DNA from: Phycisphaerae bacterium | GTDB lineage: Bacteria; Planctomycetota; Phycisphaerae; UBA1845; Fen-1342 | DNA length: 64,000 nucleotides | Assembly: GCA_050115495.1 (NCBI GenBank) | Contig: JASFQK010000012.1 | Span: forward strand, 32,001 to 96,000 | Reading direction: 5' to 3' | Shown: positions 1 to 9,052 of the stretch, one piece after another | Numbering within the stretch: position 1 is the stretch's first letter | Layout of the letters: each line of letters begins with the position of its first letter | The notes under the pieces: generated by a model | What the model was told of the DNA's origin: nothing | Databases searched by the model: none | What the model saw: only the letters and a program-made list of their open reading frames with translations | Program-made: the position numbers and the translations under genes

Positions 1-2
1 CG

Positions 3-269
3 CCGGGGGCGCGTATCGACTGTCACTATGCCGTCAACGGCTTCTTCGTGCGGGGCGATCAGCTCCTGCGCGAGGCGAAGAAGCTGGTGGACATTCCCAC
101 CACCATCATCAACGGGCGGTACGACGTGGTTTGTCCGCCGATCACGGCGTGGCGTCTGCATCGGCAGTTGCCGAAATCCAAGCTGGTCATCGTCGAAGAG
201 GCCGGGCATTCCGAAGCCGAGCCGGGCATCACGCAGGCGCTGCTCACCGCGGTGGCGGAATTCGAGTAG
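3..269 (+). CDS. pip: Proline iminopeptidase, C-terminal part (truncated by window edge)
   Basis: ARIDCHYAVNGFF...IPTTIINGRYDVVCP...EAGHS, with the catalytic Asp and His context of prolyl aminopeptidases; frame open to the window start. Confidence 0.85.
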   Translation, partial: PGARIDCHYAVNGFFVRGDQLLREAKKLVDIPTTIINGRYDVVCPPITAWRLHRQLPKSKLVIVEEAGHSEAEPGITQALLTAVAEFE

Positions 270-350
270 TACGCTGCGCGAGAGCAGGTGGATAGGCGAG
301 GGAGTCGCCCGGCGTGTGACGTCCGATCGGGGTTCGACGTCGGCTACGGT

Positions 351-438
351 GTGTGGCATGCCGAAGCGCAGCGCCGGCATGTCTTTGCTGGCGCGTGAGG
401 AAGACATGCCCGCGCCTTAGAGCTTGGGCATGCCACAC
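351..438. repeat. REPIN-like element: two inverted GTGG-type REP halves
   Basis: gtgtggCATGCCGaagcgcagcgcCGGCATGtc ... catgccacac; near-identical copies at 24289-24375 and 49338-49423. Confidence 0.85.
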
Positions 439-465
439 CGCGTGAACGGTTGGGACGCTTCTTCC

Positions 466-493
466 GGCTCATAGCTCAAGGCTCACGGCTCAA
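466..493 (+). repeat. Heptamer tandem repeat (GGCTCAN)x4
   Basis: ggctcat agctcaa ggctcac ggctcaa; the same array occurs at 49442-49476. Confidence 0.75.
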
Positions 494-501
494 CGCCCGG
501 C

Positions 502-592
502 GAAGACGTCGGCCACGGGGGGCCGGCGCTACGAAGACGGCCGACACGGAGATCGGAGGCTACGGACGTCCGGTGCGGAACCCGGACGCTAC
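502..592 (-). repeat. Three tandem GTAG-type REP sequences (BIME-like)
   Basis: Minus strand: GTAG-CGTCCGG..CCGGACG (565-592), GTAG-CCTCCGA..TCGGCCG-tcttc (533-563), GTAG-CGCCGGCC..GGCCGACG-tcttc (502-532); the last matches 24227-24256. Confidence 0.75.
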
Positions 593-655
593 GTGATGCT
601 GCCAGTTGACAGCCGGCGGCGGTGTGGCACAGTTTGGCGGAGATTGCGGGCCGGA

Positions 656-728
656 GTCCCTTTCTACGCCTGGCCGGGTTTGGCTCCGTGGCCCCGAAGA
701 CCGGGGTGACCGCCCGGCAGAGAGGGAC
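656..728 (+). promoter_or_regulatory. Candidate structured 5' leader of mgtE
   Basis: gtccctttct (656-665) pairs with agagagggac (719-728); gccggg (673-678) pairs with cccggc (713-718); inner hairpin ccccg-aagac-cgggg; TTGACA at 606. Confidence 0.35.
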
Positions 729-771
729 CGGAGACACTGCCGACACGGACTGCGCCCGAAAGGAGTCGGAC

Positions 772-2118
772 ATGCCGCCGACCGAGAACGAGAACATCCC
801 GCCGTCGGCGGAGCACCCGCCGATCACGGATACCGAGCTCGAAGCCCTGGCCCACGAGCACCCCGCCGACGTCGCCGACGCCATCGAGGCCATGCCGGCG
901 GCCGAGGGTGCCGAGCTGCTGGCCGCCCTGCCGCCCGAAGCCGCCGCCGACGCCCTCGAGCACATGGACGAGGAGGACGCGGAGCTGTACGTGGCGGAGC
1001 TGGCTCCGGCGCTGGCGGCCAGTGCCGTTCAGGAAATGGCCCTGGACGACGCGGCTGACCTGCTGGCCGAGCTGCCCGCCGACCGCCGGCGGGAGATCCT
1101 GGCCGGCCTCGACGCCGAGGATCGGGCCCAGCTCGAAGCCCTGATGGCGTATCCGCCGGAGAGTGCCGGCGGCATCATGTCCCCCGAGGTGACCGCCCTG
1201 GCCGAGGACCTGACGGTCGCCGACGCGGTCAGTGCCCTCCGGCGGCTGGCGGACGAGTCGGAGCAGGTCTTCTACACCTACGTGGTGGACCGGGATAAGC
1301 GGCTGGTCGGGGTCCTGTCGCTGCGGGACCTGCTGCTGGCACGGAGCACGCAACACCTGCGCGAAATCATGATCACGCACCTCGTCAGCGTTCCCGCCGA
1401 GATGGACCGCGAGGAGGTGGCGGCCGTGTTCACGAAGTACGGTTATGTGGCCCTGCCGGTCGTGGATGCCGGCGGGCGGCTGCTGGGCATCGTCACTGTC
1501 GACGACGTGGTGGACGTCATCCAGGACGAGGCCACCGAGGACATGCACCGCATGGTGGGTGCCGGTGCCGACGAGCACGTGGCGTCGCCGATCCCGTTCG
1601 TTCTTCGGCGGCGGGTGCCGTGGCTGCTCGTGAATCTGGGAACGGCCTTTATGGCGTCGCTGGTGGTCGGGCTGTTTGAGTCGACGCTGGCGCAGCTGAC
1701 CGCCCTGGCCGTTCTCCTGCCGGTCGTGGCCGGCCAGGCGGGCAACACCGGACTGCAATCGATGGCCGTGATCATTCGAGGCATCGCGACGGGCGAGACG
1801 CGCGGCCGGCGGCTCACCCGCGTGCTCACGCGGGAGATCGGGATCGGCCTGGCGACGGGCTTACTCATTGGCTTGACCTGCGCGCTCGTCTGCCTGGCCT
1901 GGCGCGGCGACCCGTGGCTGGCGACCGTCATCGGCTTGGCCATGGTGGCCTGTATGCTGGTGGCGACGGTCAGCGGGGCGCTGGTGCCGCTGGGCATGCA
2001 GCGGTTGGGCTTCGATCCGGCCCAGTCGGCCAGCATTATCCTGACGACCATCACGGACGTGGCCGGCTTCGGCATCTTCCTGGCGCTGGGTGCGTGGCTG
2101 CTGGGCGGTCACGGTTGA
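772..2118 (+). CDS. mgtE: Magnesium transporter MgtE
   Basis: Acidic MgtE_N region, YPPESAGGIM, CBS pair, GNTGLQS, DPAQSAS...TTITDVAG; RBS AAGGAG at 760. Confidence 0.95.
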   Translation: MPPTENENIPPSAEHPPITDTELEALAHEHPADVADAIEAMPAAEGAELLAALPPEAAADALEHMDEEDAELYVAELAPALAASAVQEMALDDAADLLAELPADRRREILAGLDAEDRAQLEALMAYPPESAGGIMSPEVTALAEDLTVADAVSALRRLADESEQVFYTYVVDRDKRLVGVLSLRDLLLARSTQHLREIMITHLVSVPAEMDREEVAAVFTKYGYVALPVVDAGGRLLGIVTVDDVVDVIQDEATEDMHRMVGAGADEHVASPIPFVLRRRVPWLLVNLGTAFMASLVVGLFESTLAQLTALAVLLPVVAGQAGNTGLQSMAVIIRGIATGETRGRRLTRVLTREIGIGLATGLLIGLTCALVCLAWRGDPWLATVIGLAMVACMLVATVSGALVPLGMQRLGFDPAQSASIILTTITDVAGFGIFLALGAWLLGGHG

Positions 2119-2257
2119 GGTGAGGAGGGGGCGTCCCTGCGTTGTGCGCCGCAGGCCGGTATGCGACAATCCTGCTGCGGGCCGGGCCGTTCCCGCGAGC
2201 GATCTGCATGGGACGCTCCGCGGGAGATCGGCCAACACACAACATCGGAGGTGCCCC

Positions 2258-4138
2258 ATGCCCGATCGGGCCATGCTGCGCCTGTGCGTGCCGCCGGACG
2301 TTCGGCCTCTGCTGGAGCCACGCCCCGGGCGCGCTGTCCTCATGCCGCAAAACCGCGCGGAGCTGATCGAGTGGGCGTCGCACGGTCAGGACCGTTTCGA
2401 GGTCGCCTACGACGTGCCGGGTCGGGGCCGCGTGGTCGAGGTCGAGGTCGTACGCTGCCGCAACGGTCTCGCCGTTCACGTGCCGGAACCGTACATGCGT
2501 CGGCGTGACCCGGACTGCATGGTCGTCGCCGACGAGCAGCCGACGGACAAGCAGCGTTTCCAGGATCGCTTCGGCGTCCCGTTTGCCGACTGGCGCAAGC
2601 CGATTCTCTCCTGGCTCGCGGAGCAGTCCGTGGTCGTTGTGCCTTTCCGCGCCGGCCGCAGCGAGTCGGACTACGATGCGGTGCTCATCGCTCCGGAGAA
2701 TGCGGCATTCTTCGCCGCCGCCCTGGCCGATCTACAGGGGATGCTCTCGCCGGATGAACTCGGCGACAGCTTCACGCCGCGGGCCATCATCTACATCGCC
2801 CCGCCCTTTCGCCACACGCATTGCGACGGCAAGCAAGTGGTCGTTCACAACCGCCTGGCGGGCGTGCACGAAGTGTTCGCCCTCAATCTCTACCCGGGCC
2901 CCAGCGCGAAGAAGGGTGTCTACGGCGTTCTGCTGGCCATCGGCGCGGCCGAAGGCTGGGTCACTGCTCACGCGTCCTGCGTGCAGGTGGTCACGCCCTA
3001 CGACCACGTCACGACCATCATGCATGAAGGCGCCAGCGGCGGCGGCAAGAGCGAGATGCTGGAGTATGCGCACCGCGAGGCCGACGGCCGTCTGTGTCTG
3101 GGCCGCAACCTCGTCACCGACGAGAGTATCTACCTCACCCTGCCCCGGGGCTGCGAACTGCACCCCGTGACGGACGACATGACCTCCTGCCATCCAAGCA
3201 TGCAGAACGACTCCGGCCGGCTGGTCGTCGCCGACGCCGAGGACGGCTGGTTCCTGCGGATCAACCACATCGATCACTACGGCATCGACCCGCACCTGGA
3301 ACGACTCTGCGTGCAGCCGGCGGAGCCACTGATCTTCCTGAACCTGCACGCCGTCCCGGGTGCCACCTGCCTGATCTGGGAGCACGTCGAGGATGCCCCC
3401 GGACGCCCCTGCCCCAACCCGCGCGTCATCGTGCCCCGACGCATCGTCCCCGGCGTCGCTACGGGCCCCGTTGAAGTGGACGTGCGCAGCTTCGGCATTC
3501 GCACGCCGCCCTGCACGGCGCAGGCTCCGTCCTACGGCATGGTCGGATTGCTGCACGTGTTGCCGCCGGCGCTGGCCTGGCTTTGGCGGCTCGTCGCGCC
3601 CCGCGGCTACGCCAACCCCAGCATCACCGATTCCGCCGGCCTAGCCAGTGAGGGCGTCGGCTCGTATTGGCCGTTTGCTACGGGTCGCCGGGTGAGCCAG
3701 GCCAACCTGCTCCTGCGGCAGATTCTGGCCACGCCGAAGACGCGGTACGTGCTGATCCCCAACCAGCACATCGGCTGTTGGCAGGTCGGCTTCATGCCGC
3801 AGTGGATCGCCCGTGAGTACATGGCCCGGCGCAGCGGTGCGCGGTTCCGACCCGACCAACTGGTCCCCGCCCGCTGTCCGCTGTTGGGGATGACGCTGAC
3901 GTCCATGCTCGTCGAAGGGGTGCCGATCAGCCCGTGGCTGCTCCAGGTGGAGTTGCAGCCGGAGGTCACCGAGTCGGGCTACGACGCCGGCGCGCAGATG
4001 CTGACGGACTTCTTCCATCAGGAACTCGCCGTCTATCCGCGCGAAGCCGAACTCGAACCCCTGGGCCGGCAGATCATCGACTGCTGCCTCGCCGGCGGCA
4101 CGCTGGCCGACTATCGCGCCCTGATCCCGATGTCCTGA
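2258..4138 (+). CDS. DUF4914-family protein (PEPCK-like P-loop fold)
   Basis: NLYPGPSAKKGVYG, TAHAS, HEGASGGGKSEM, PVTDD; RBS GGAGG at 2247. Confidence 0.8.
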   Translation: MPDRAMLRLCVPPDVRPLLEPRPGRAVLMPQNRAELIEWASHGQDRFEVAYDVPGRGRVVEVEVVRCRNGLAVHVPEPYMRRRDPDCMVVADEQPTDKQRFQDRFGVPFADWRKPILSWLAEQSVVVVPFRAGRSESDYDAVLIAPENAAFFAAALADLQGMLSPDELGDSFTPRAIIYIAPPFRHTHCDGKQVVVHNRLAGVHEVFALNLYPGPSAKKGVYGVLLAIGAAEGWVTAHASCVQVVTPYDHVTTIMHEGASGGGKSEMLEYAHREADGRLCLGRNLVTDESIYLTLPRGCELHPVTDDMTSCHPSMQNDSGRLVVADAEDGWFLRINHIDHYGIDPHLERLCVQPAEPLIFLNLHAVPGATCLIWEHVEDAPGRPCPNPRVIVPRRIVPGVATGPVEVDVRSFGIRTPPCTAQAPSYGMVGLLHVLPPALAWLWRLVAPRGYANPSITDSAGLASEGVGSYWPFATGRRVSQANLLLRQILATPKTRYVLIPNQHIGCWQVGFMPQWIAREYMARRSGARFRPDQLVPARCPLLGMTLTSMLVEGVPISPWLLQVELQPEVTESGYDAGAQMLTDFFHQELAVYPREAELEPLGRQIIDCCLAGGTLADYRALIPMS

Positions 4139-4272
4139 AACGCTTGGACCATGCCGGCTCGCAGAAGCTGTCCGATCCGCGTCGCCGATACGGTATCATG
4201 CAGGTGTTGCCGTTCGAATGGGGCGGTCGGACCGCCGCCGGAACGGGAGCTGGGAGTGTCGACGTGGGAAGT

Positions 4273-5604
4273 ATGCAGCGTCGTGCGGTTTGGGCGTTCG
4301 CCGCTTCGTGTCTCTGTGTTCTGCTCGTGCCGGCGCCGGCACCGGCCCAGGACGGGGAGCTGGGTGCCCAGGCCGTCTACCAGGGTGGGCAGGCTTCCGA
4401 CGCCTTCAGCGCCATCCACTATCTCGGCAACGGGCGGATCATCGCCGGTAAGCGGTCCTCTTCGTCAGCCAACCGCTTCCTGCTGAGTGAAGACTACGGG
4501 GCTACGTGGCGGGTCGTCTCCTGCCCCGGCTCGACCGGCGCCCACACGTATTTCTTCGGGCAGAGTGGCGACCTCGTCTTCTCCGGTACCGGGGACACGG
4601 GCAGCGCCTGCCTGATGAAGAGCGTCGATGCCGGCCGGACGTGGTCGGTGGCCCTGACGGCCGCGCAGATCAACAGCCTGATCGGCAGCGCCGACGCCAA
4701 GGCGGTGTTCAGCCCGGTGTGCCTGGGCAGCGACCGCTGGATCGTGAACGTCAAGAGCTTCGACACGCTCCGCAAGGTCATCATGTCCGACGACAACGGG
4801 GCGACGTGGTACGTGCCGGCCGCCCAGCCGGGGCAGAATGCATCGTCGTGGGCGCGGCAGATGATCCTCACGAACGACAACGTGTTGCTCTGGCCGTCGT
4901 GCCTCACGAACAGGATGTACCGGTCGACCGACCAGGGCGGCAGTTGGTCCGCCGTGACGGTGCCGGGAGCGTCGCTCTTCCAGCCGCTGTGCGACGCCGG
5001 GAATAGGGTGTATTTCTGCGGCGACGTGCGGACGACAGCCAACACGCCCATCGCTTTGTACCGCAGCCTCGACCAGGGTCTAACGTGGAGCCTGTCCGTG
5101 CAGGTCAACCTCCAGCGCCCCACGCTGACGTACTGGCGTGATGTGATCAAGGTCGGCGATAGCCTGCTGGCGTCGGCCTGCTGCATCGAGGGCGGCAGCA
5201 GCGACCGCTTCATGCAGTTGTTCGTTTCGGAGGACGACGGTTCGACTTGGCTTTCGCTCGGGAACCCCTATATCGGCCCCTTCGGCGGCATGCAGGCCAT
5301 TTACCAGATGTGCGCCACGGAGGCGCAGATCGTCTTCGCCGGCTGCCAGCCGGACAGCACGATCCTGCGTTGGTCGATGCCGGTCGGCGTCGATAGCGGT
5401 TTGCCGGGCGACGTGGACGGCGACGACATGGTCGATCTGGATGATCTGGTTCTCTTCGCCGACGTCTGTGCCGGCCCCGACGCGCGCCTGCCTCCCCCAG
5501 GCTGTGACCCCACACACTTCCTCCGGGCTGATTTCGACGACGATGTCGACGTGGACCTGTTCGACCTGGCCGGCTTGCAGACGGCGCTGTCGGGCACTCC
5601 GTAG
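4273..5604 (+). CDS. Exported BNR/Asp-box beta-propeller protein with C-terminal dockerin-like domain
   Basis: Signal peptide; repeated SxDxGxTW boxes; GDVDGDDMVDLDD...ADFDDDVDVDLFD. Confidence 0.8.
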   Translation: MQRRAVWAFAASCLCVLLVPAPAPAQDGELGAQAVYQGGQASDAFSAIHYLGNGRIIAGKRSSSSANRFLLSEDYGATWRVVSCPGSTGAHTYFFGQSGDLVFSGTGDTGSACLMKSVDAGRTWSVALTAAQINSLIGSADAKAVFSPVCLGSDRWIVNVKSFDTLRKVIMSDDNGATWYVPAAQPGQNASSWARQMILTNDNVLLWPSCLTNRMYRSTDQGGSWSAVTVPGASLFQPLCDAGNRVYFCGDVRTTANTPIALYRSLDQGLTWSLSVQVNLQRPTLTYWRDVIKVGDSLLASACCIEGGSSDRFMQLFVSEDDGSTWLSLGNPYIGPFGGMQAIYQMCATEAQIVFAGCQPDSTILRWSMPVGVDSGLPGDVDGDDMVDLDDLVLFADVCAGPDARLPPPGCDPTHFLRADFDDDVDVDLFDLAGLQTALSGTP

Positions 5605-5749
5605 CGGCGGCGCGTTCCTGCGACACGAGGGGTCTGCCGGCTCCGACATGTCGGCATCGTCGCCAACGTTTCGGATTCGCCACCTCGGTTGACGTGGATC
5701 AGCGCTGTCCTTGTCGAGAGCCCGCGCGCCAACGATTGGACGGCCCAAC

Positions 5750-5776
5750 TCAAAACGCCGATCACACCCTCGATAC
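5750..5776 (+). promoter_or_regulatory. Possible sigma28 (FliA)-type promoter
   Basis: TCAA-N15-CTCGATAC upstream of a chemoreceptor gene (consensus TAAA-N15-GCCGATAA). Confidence 0.4.
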
Positions 5777-5868
5777 AGCGTGTCGGCCTGCTGCGCGGGC
5801 CGGCTCTTCGTTTCTCCGATCGCATCGCCGGCTTCGCGGCAGTCTGAACGCATCTTTGAGAGTACCCC

Positions 5869-8691
5869 ATGAAGCTGAGGTTAAGCACCAAACTCATCGT
5901 CACGTACCTGGGCTGTGGCCTGATCCCGCTGGCCACCGTTGCCCTCGTCGGCTACGTGACCGCGAACAAGGGCATGGACGACATGACCGCGGAGGCGAAC
6001 ACGGGTCTCAAGTCCGCGGCCGGCAACCAGCTCACGGGCCTGCGGGACGTGAAGCGGGCGCAGGTCGAGTCGTATTTCAAGGCACGCGAGCGGGACCTGA
6101 ACGTGCTCACCGAGAACGTCCGGGCACTGATGCACGAGTCGTTCAACAAGTTGACCGCCGTGCAGGTGCCCAAGCGGATGGAGGTCGAGGAGTACTTCGT
6201 CGGGCTGCGCAAAGACATTCTGACGCTGGCCCAGAGCCACGATTTGCGCAGTGCGTTCGACGGCCTGCGCGACTACCACGAGGAAATGCACACCGGTGCG
6301 ACCGAGCCGTACGACGTCTCCACGGATGCATACAACGCGCTGTGGGAGAAGTACGACAAGTCGCTCGGTGCGTACGTGCGCATGAAGGGCTACCAGGATG
6401 TTCTGTTGATCTGCGGGCCCCACGGACACGTCATGTACTCTTCGGCGCGGGGGCGTGATATGGGCACCAACCTCAGCCACGGGCCGTACAAGGACGAGGG
6501 CCTGGCCCACCTCTGGCATGACGCCTGTGGGGCCAAGGACTTCACCGTCGAGGACTTCAGCGCCTACGCTCCGAGCGACGGAGAGCAGGCCGGGTTTGTC
6601 GGGGCGCCCCTGTTCGACGAAGCGCACGAGATGATTGGCCTGGTCGCGTTCCGCATCCCGGTCGCCGACCTGAACCGGATCGTCCAGCGCCGTGAGGGTC
6701 TTGGGACGTCCGGCGAGACGTATCTCGTCGGCCTCGATCACGGCAAGACGGCTTTCCGCAGCGACATGCTCACCATGGGTGACGGCAAGTACGTTGTGGG
6801 CGCAGAGATTCACACGGCCTACATCGACCGCATCCTGGAGAGCGGGCAGAGTTTCCAGGAAACGTACGTCGACAGTGCCGGCAATCCCGTCCTGGTCGTG
6901 GCCGAGCCCGTCGACGTGAAGGACCTGCACTGGGCCTGCATCACCAAGATGAGCCTCGAAGAGCAGATTGCCGCGAAGCTGCCCGGTGAGCAGGACGACC
7001 TTCTCACCAAGTACACCAAGCTCAACGGCTACTACGATCTGTTCCTCATCAACAGCCAGGGCTACTGCTTCTACAGCGTCGGCCACGAGGCCGACTACCA
7101 CACGAACTTCGCCAGCGGCCAGTACAAGGACAGCAACCTCGGCCGGCTCGTGCAGCAGGTGTCCCAGAGCGGCAAGTTCGGCTTCGCCGACTTCGAGCCG
7201 TACGCGCCCAGCAACGGCGACCCGGCGGCGTTCATCGCCGAACCCGTGGTGAATGATGGCCAGACCGACGTCATCGTCGCCCTGGAACTGTCGCTCGCCG
7301 ACATCAACGCCATGATGGCCATCCGGGACGGCATGGGCGAGACTGGCGAGACCATCCTGGTCGGCCCCGACTACCTGATGCGCTCCGACTCCTTCAGAGA
7401 TTCAGCCAGCCACAGCGTCAAGGCTTCGTTCGCCAACCCCGACAAGGGCAAGGTCTACACCAAGGCCACGCGGGCCGTTCACGAGCAGGGCCAGAAGGGG
7501 CTCCTGGAAGGCATGACCGACTACGTCGGGAACAAGACGATGATTGCCTACGCGCCCGTGGAGGTCTTCGACCGCAAGTGGTGCCTCAATGCCAAGGTTG
7601 ACGAGGCCGAAGCCCTGGCTGCCGTGGTCCACGCGGAGCAGACGGCGCACACCGCCGGCGCCACGCTCGTGACCCTGATGCTGGTCTGCGCCGGCGTAGT
7701 CGCCACGCTGGTGACGATCCTCAGCTTGTACGTGACTCGGTCGATCAACAAGCCGATCAGCGGTGCCATTCGGCAACTCTCGGAGGGCGCCCTGGAGGTG
7801 ACCGAGGCGTCCACCCAGGTCGCCAGCGCCTCACAGCAATTGGCCGAATCGGCCAGCGAGCAGGCCTCGTCACTCCAGGAGACGTCCGCCGCCCTGGAGG
7901 AAGTCTCCGCCATGACCCGCTCCAACGCGGAGCACGCCAAGCAGGCCAACACCCTCAGCGGTCAGGCCCGCGCCGCCGCTGAGGAAGGCGACCAGACCAT
8001 GCACCGGCTCAATGACGCCATGGGTGGCATCAACGAGTCGTCCAGCAGGATCAGCAAGATCATCAAGGTCATCGAGGAGATCGCCTTCCAGACAAACCTG
8101 CTGGCGCTGAATGCGGCGGTCGAGGCGGCTCGGGCCGGCGAGCACGGCAAGGGCTTCGCCGTCGTGGCCGAGGAAGTTCGCAACCTCGCCCAGCGCGCCG
8201 CCGGCGCCGCCCGCGAGACGACCTCCCTCATCGAGGAATCGGTCGAGCGCGCCCAGGAAGGCGTGACCGTTGCGCACGATGTCGGTGAGGCCCTCTCCCG
8301 CATCGTCGCCGACGTCGCCCAGGTCACCGAGCTGGTCAACGGCATCGCCCAGGCCAGCAACGAACAGGCCGAGGGTGTGAGCCAAGTCAACACCGCCGTA
8401 TCGCAGATGGACAAGCTGACGCAGTCCGCCGCCGCCGGCGCCGAGCAATCCGCCGCCGCGGCCGAAGAGCTGTCCGCCCAGGCCAACACGGTCAATTCCG
8501 TCGTCGACGGGCTGGCTCGCCTGGTCGGCGGCGGAGGCGTGAGTGCCCACACGACGCCCGCGCTGACCAAGTACGCACCGGCCAGGACCAAGGCAGCCGC
8601 GCCGGCGACATCGCCCAAACGGCCTCCCGCCTCGCCCGCCCCAATGCCCCCGTCGGGCGGCTGTGCAGACGATACTCTCGCTAACTTCTAG
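5869..8691 (+). CDS. Methyl-accepting chemotaxis protein with two Cache-type domains
   Basis: Two TM segments; two Y..D.FL/GETYLVG cores; [34 protein letters not shown]. Confidence 0.95.
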   Translation: MKLRLSTKLIVTYLGCGLIPLATVALVGYVTANKGMDDMTAEANTGLKSAAGNQLTGLRDVKRAQVESYFKARERDLNVLTENVRALMHESFNKLTAVQVPKRMEVEEYFVGLRKDILTLAQSHDLRSAFDGLRDYHEEMHTGATEPYDVSTDAYNALWEKYDKSLGAYVRMKGYQDVLLICGPHGHVMYSSARGRDMGTNLSHGPYKDEGLAHLWHDACGAKDFTVEDFSAYAPSDGEQAGFVGAPLFDEAHEMIGLVAFRIPVADLNRIVQRREGLGTSGETYLVGLDHGKTAFRSDMLTMGDGKYVVGAEIHTAYIDRILESGQSFQETYVDSAGNPVLVVAEPVDVKDLHWACITKMSLEEQIAAKLPGEQDDLLTKYTKLNGYYDLFLINSQGYCFYSVGHEADYHTNFASGQYKDSNLGRLVQQVSQSGKFGFADFEPYAPSNGDPAAFIAEPVVNDGQTDVIVALELSLADINAMMAIRDGMGETGETILVGPDYLMRSDSFRDSASHSVKASFANPDKGKVYTKATRAVHEQGQKGLLEGMTDYVGNKTMIAYAPVEVFDRKWCLNAKVDEAEALAAVVHAEQTAHTAGATLVTLMLVCAGVVATLVTILSLYVTRSINKPISGAIRQLSEGALEVTEASTQVASASQQLAESASEQASSLQETSAALEEVSAMTRSNAEHAKQANTLSGQARAAAEEGDQTMHRLNDAMGGINESSSRISKIIKVIEEIAFQTNLLALNAAVEAARAGEHGKGFAVVAEEVRNLAQRAAGAARETTSLIEESVERAQEGVTVAHDVGEALSRIVADVAQVTELVNGIAQASNEQAEGVSQVNTAVSQMDKLTQSAAAGAEQSAAAAEELSAQANTVNSVVDGLARLVGGGGVSAHTTPALTKYAPARTKAAAPATSPKRPPASPAPMPPSGGCADDTLANF

Positions 8692-9052
8692 GTGTTCACC
8701 CGCACGGCGAGCGGGGCGTCGCGTGACGCTCCCGCTCGCCACTCACTCCCTCTGTCAGCGCCGGCCCGTCTCCCCCGCCACACCTCACGGCATAGCGCAC
8801 GAGCAGCCAACTGAAGACGGCAGATCGGACTCGCCGCCGTTTTGTTAAGACCTGCGCGTTGGCGCGGTCACGATTCACAGGGTCCAGGGGGGATTACAGA
8901 GCGCACATACCGGATTTACGAAACTCCCGGTTGCCGGGAACCGATTCTCAGCCGGGGAGTGTTCGCCGAGGCGGTGTCGAAGTACTGCGCGAGCCACACA
9001 AGCCGTGACATCGCCGCTATGTCGCCCGATAACTAGATCCGGAGTGCACGCC

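Noticed and set aside
318..592. Possible CRISPR array
   Set aside because: Units are palindromic, heterogeneous and irregularly spaced, and no cas genes are present; REP elements fit better.
625..640. Sigma54 promoter upstream of mgtE (TGGCAC...GC)
   Set aside because: GG-to-GC spacing is 9 nt rather than the required 10.
8865..8965. c-di-GMP riboswitch upstream of the second chemoreceptor
   Set aside because: A hairpin exists at about 8923-8960, but the GCAAAC/GNRA/GACGCAAAG core is absent.
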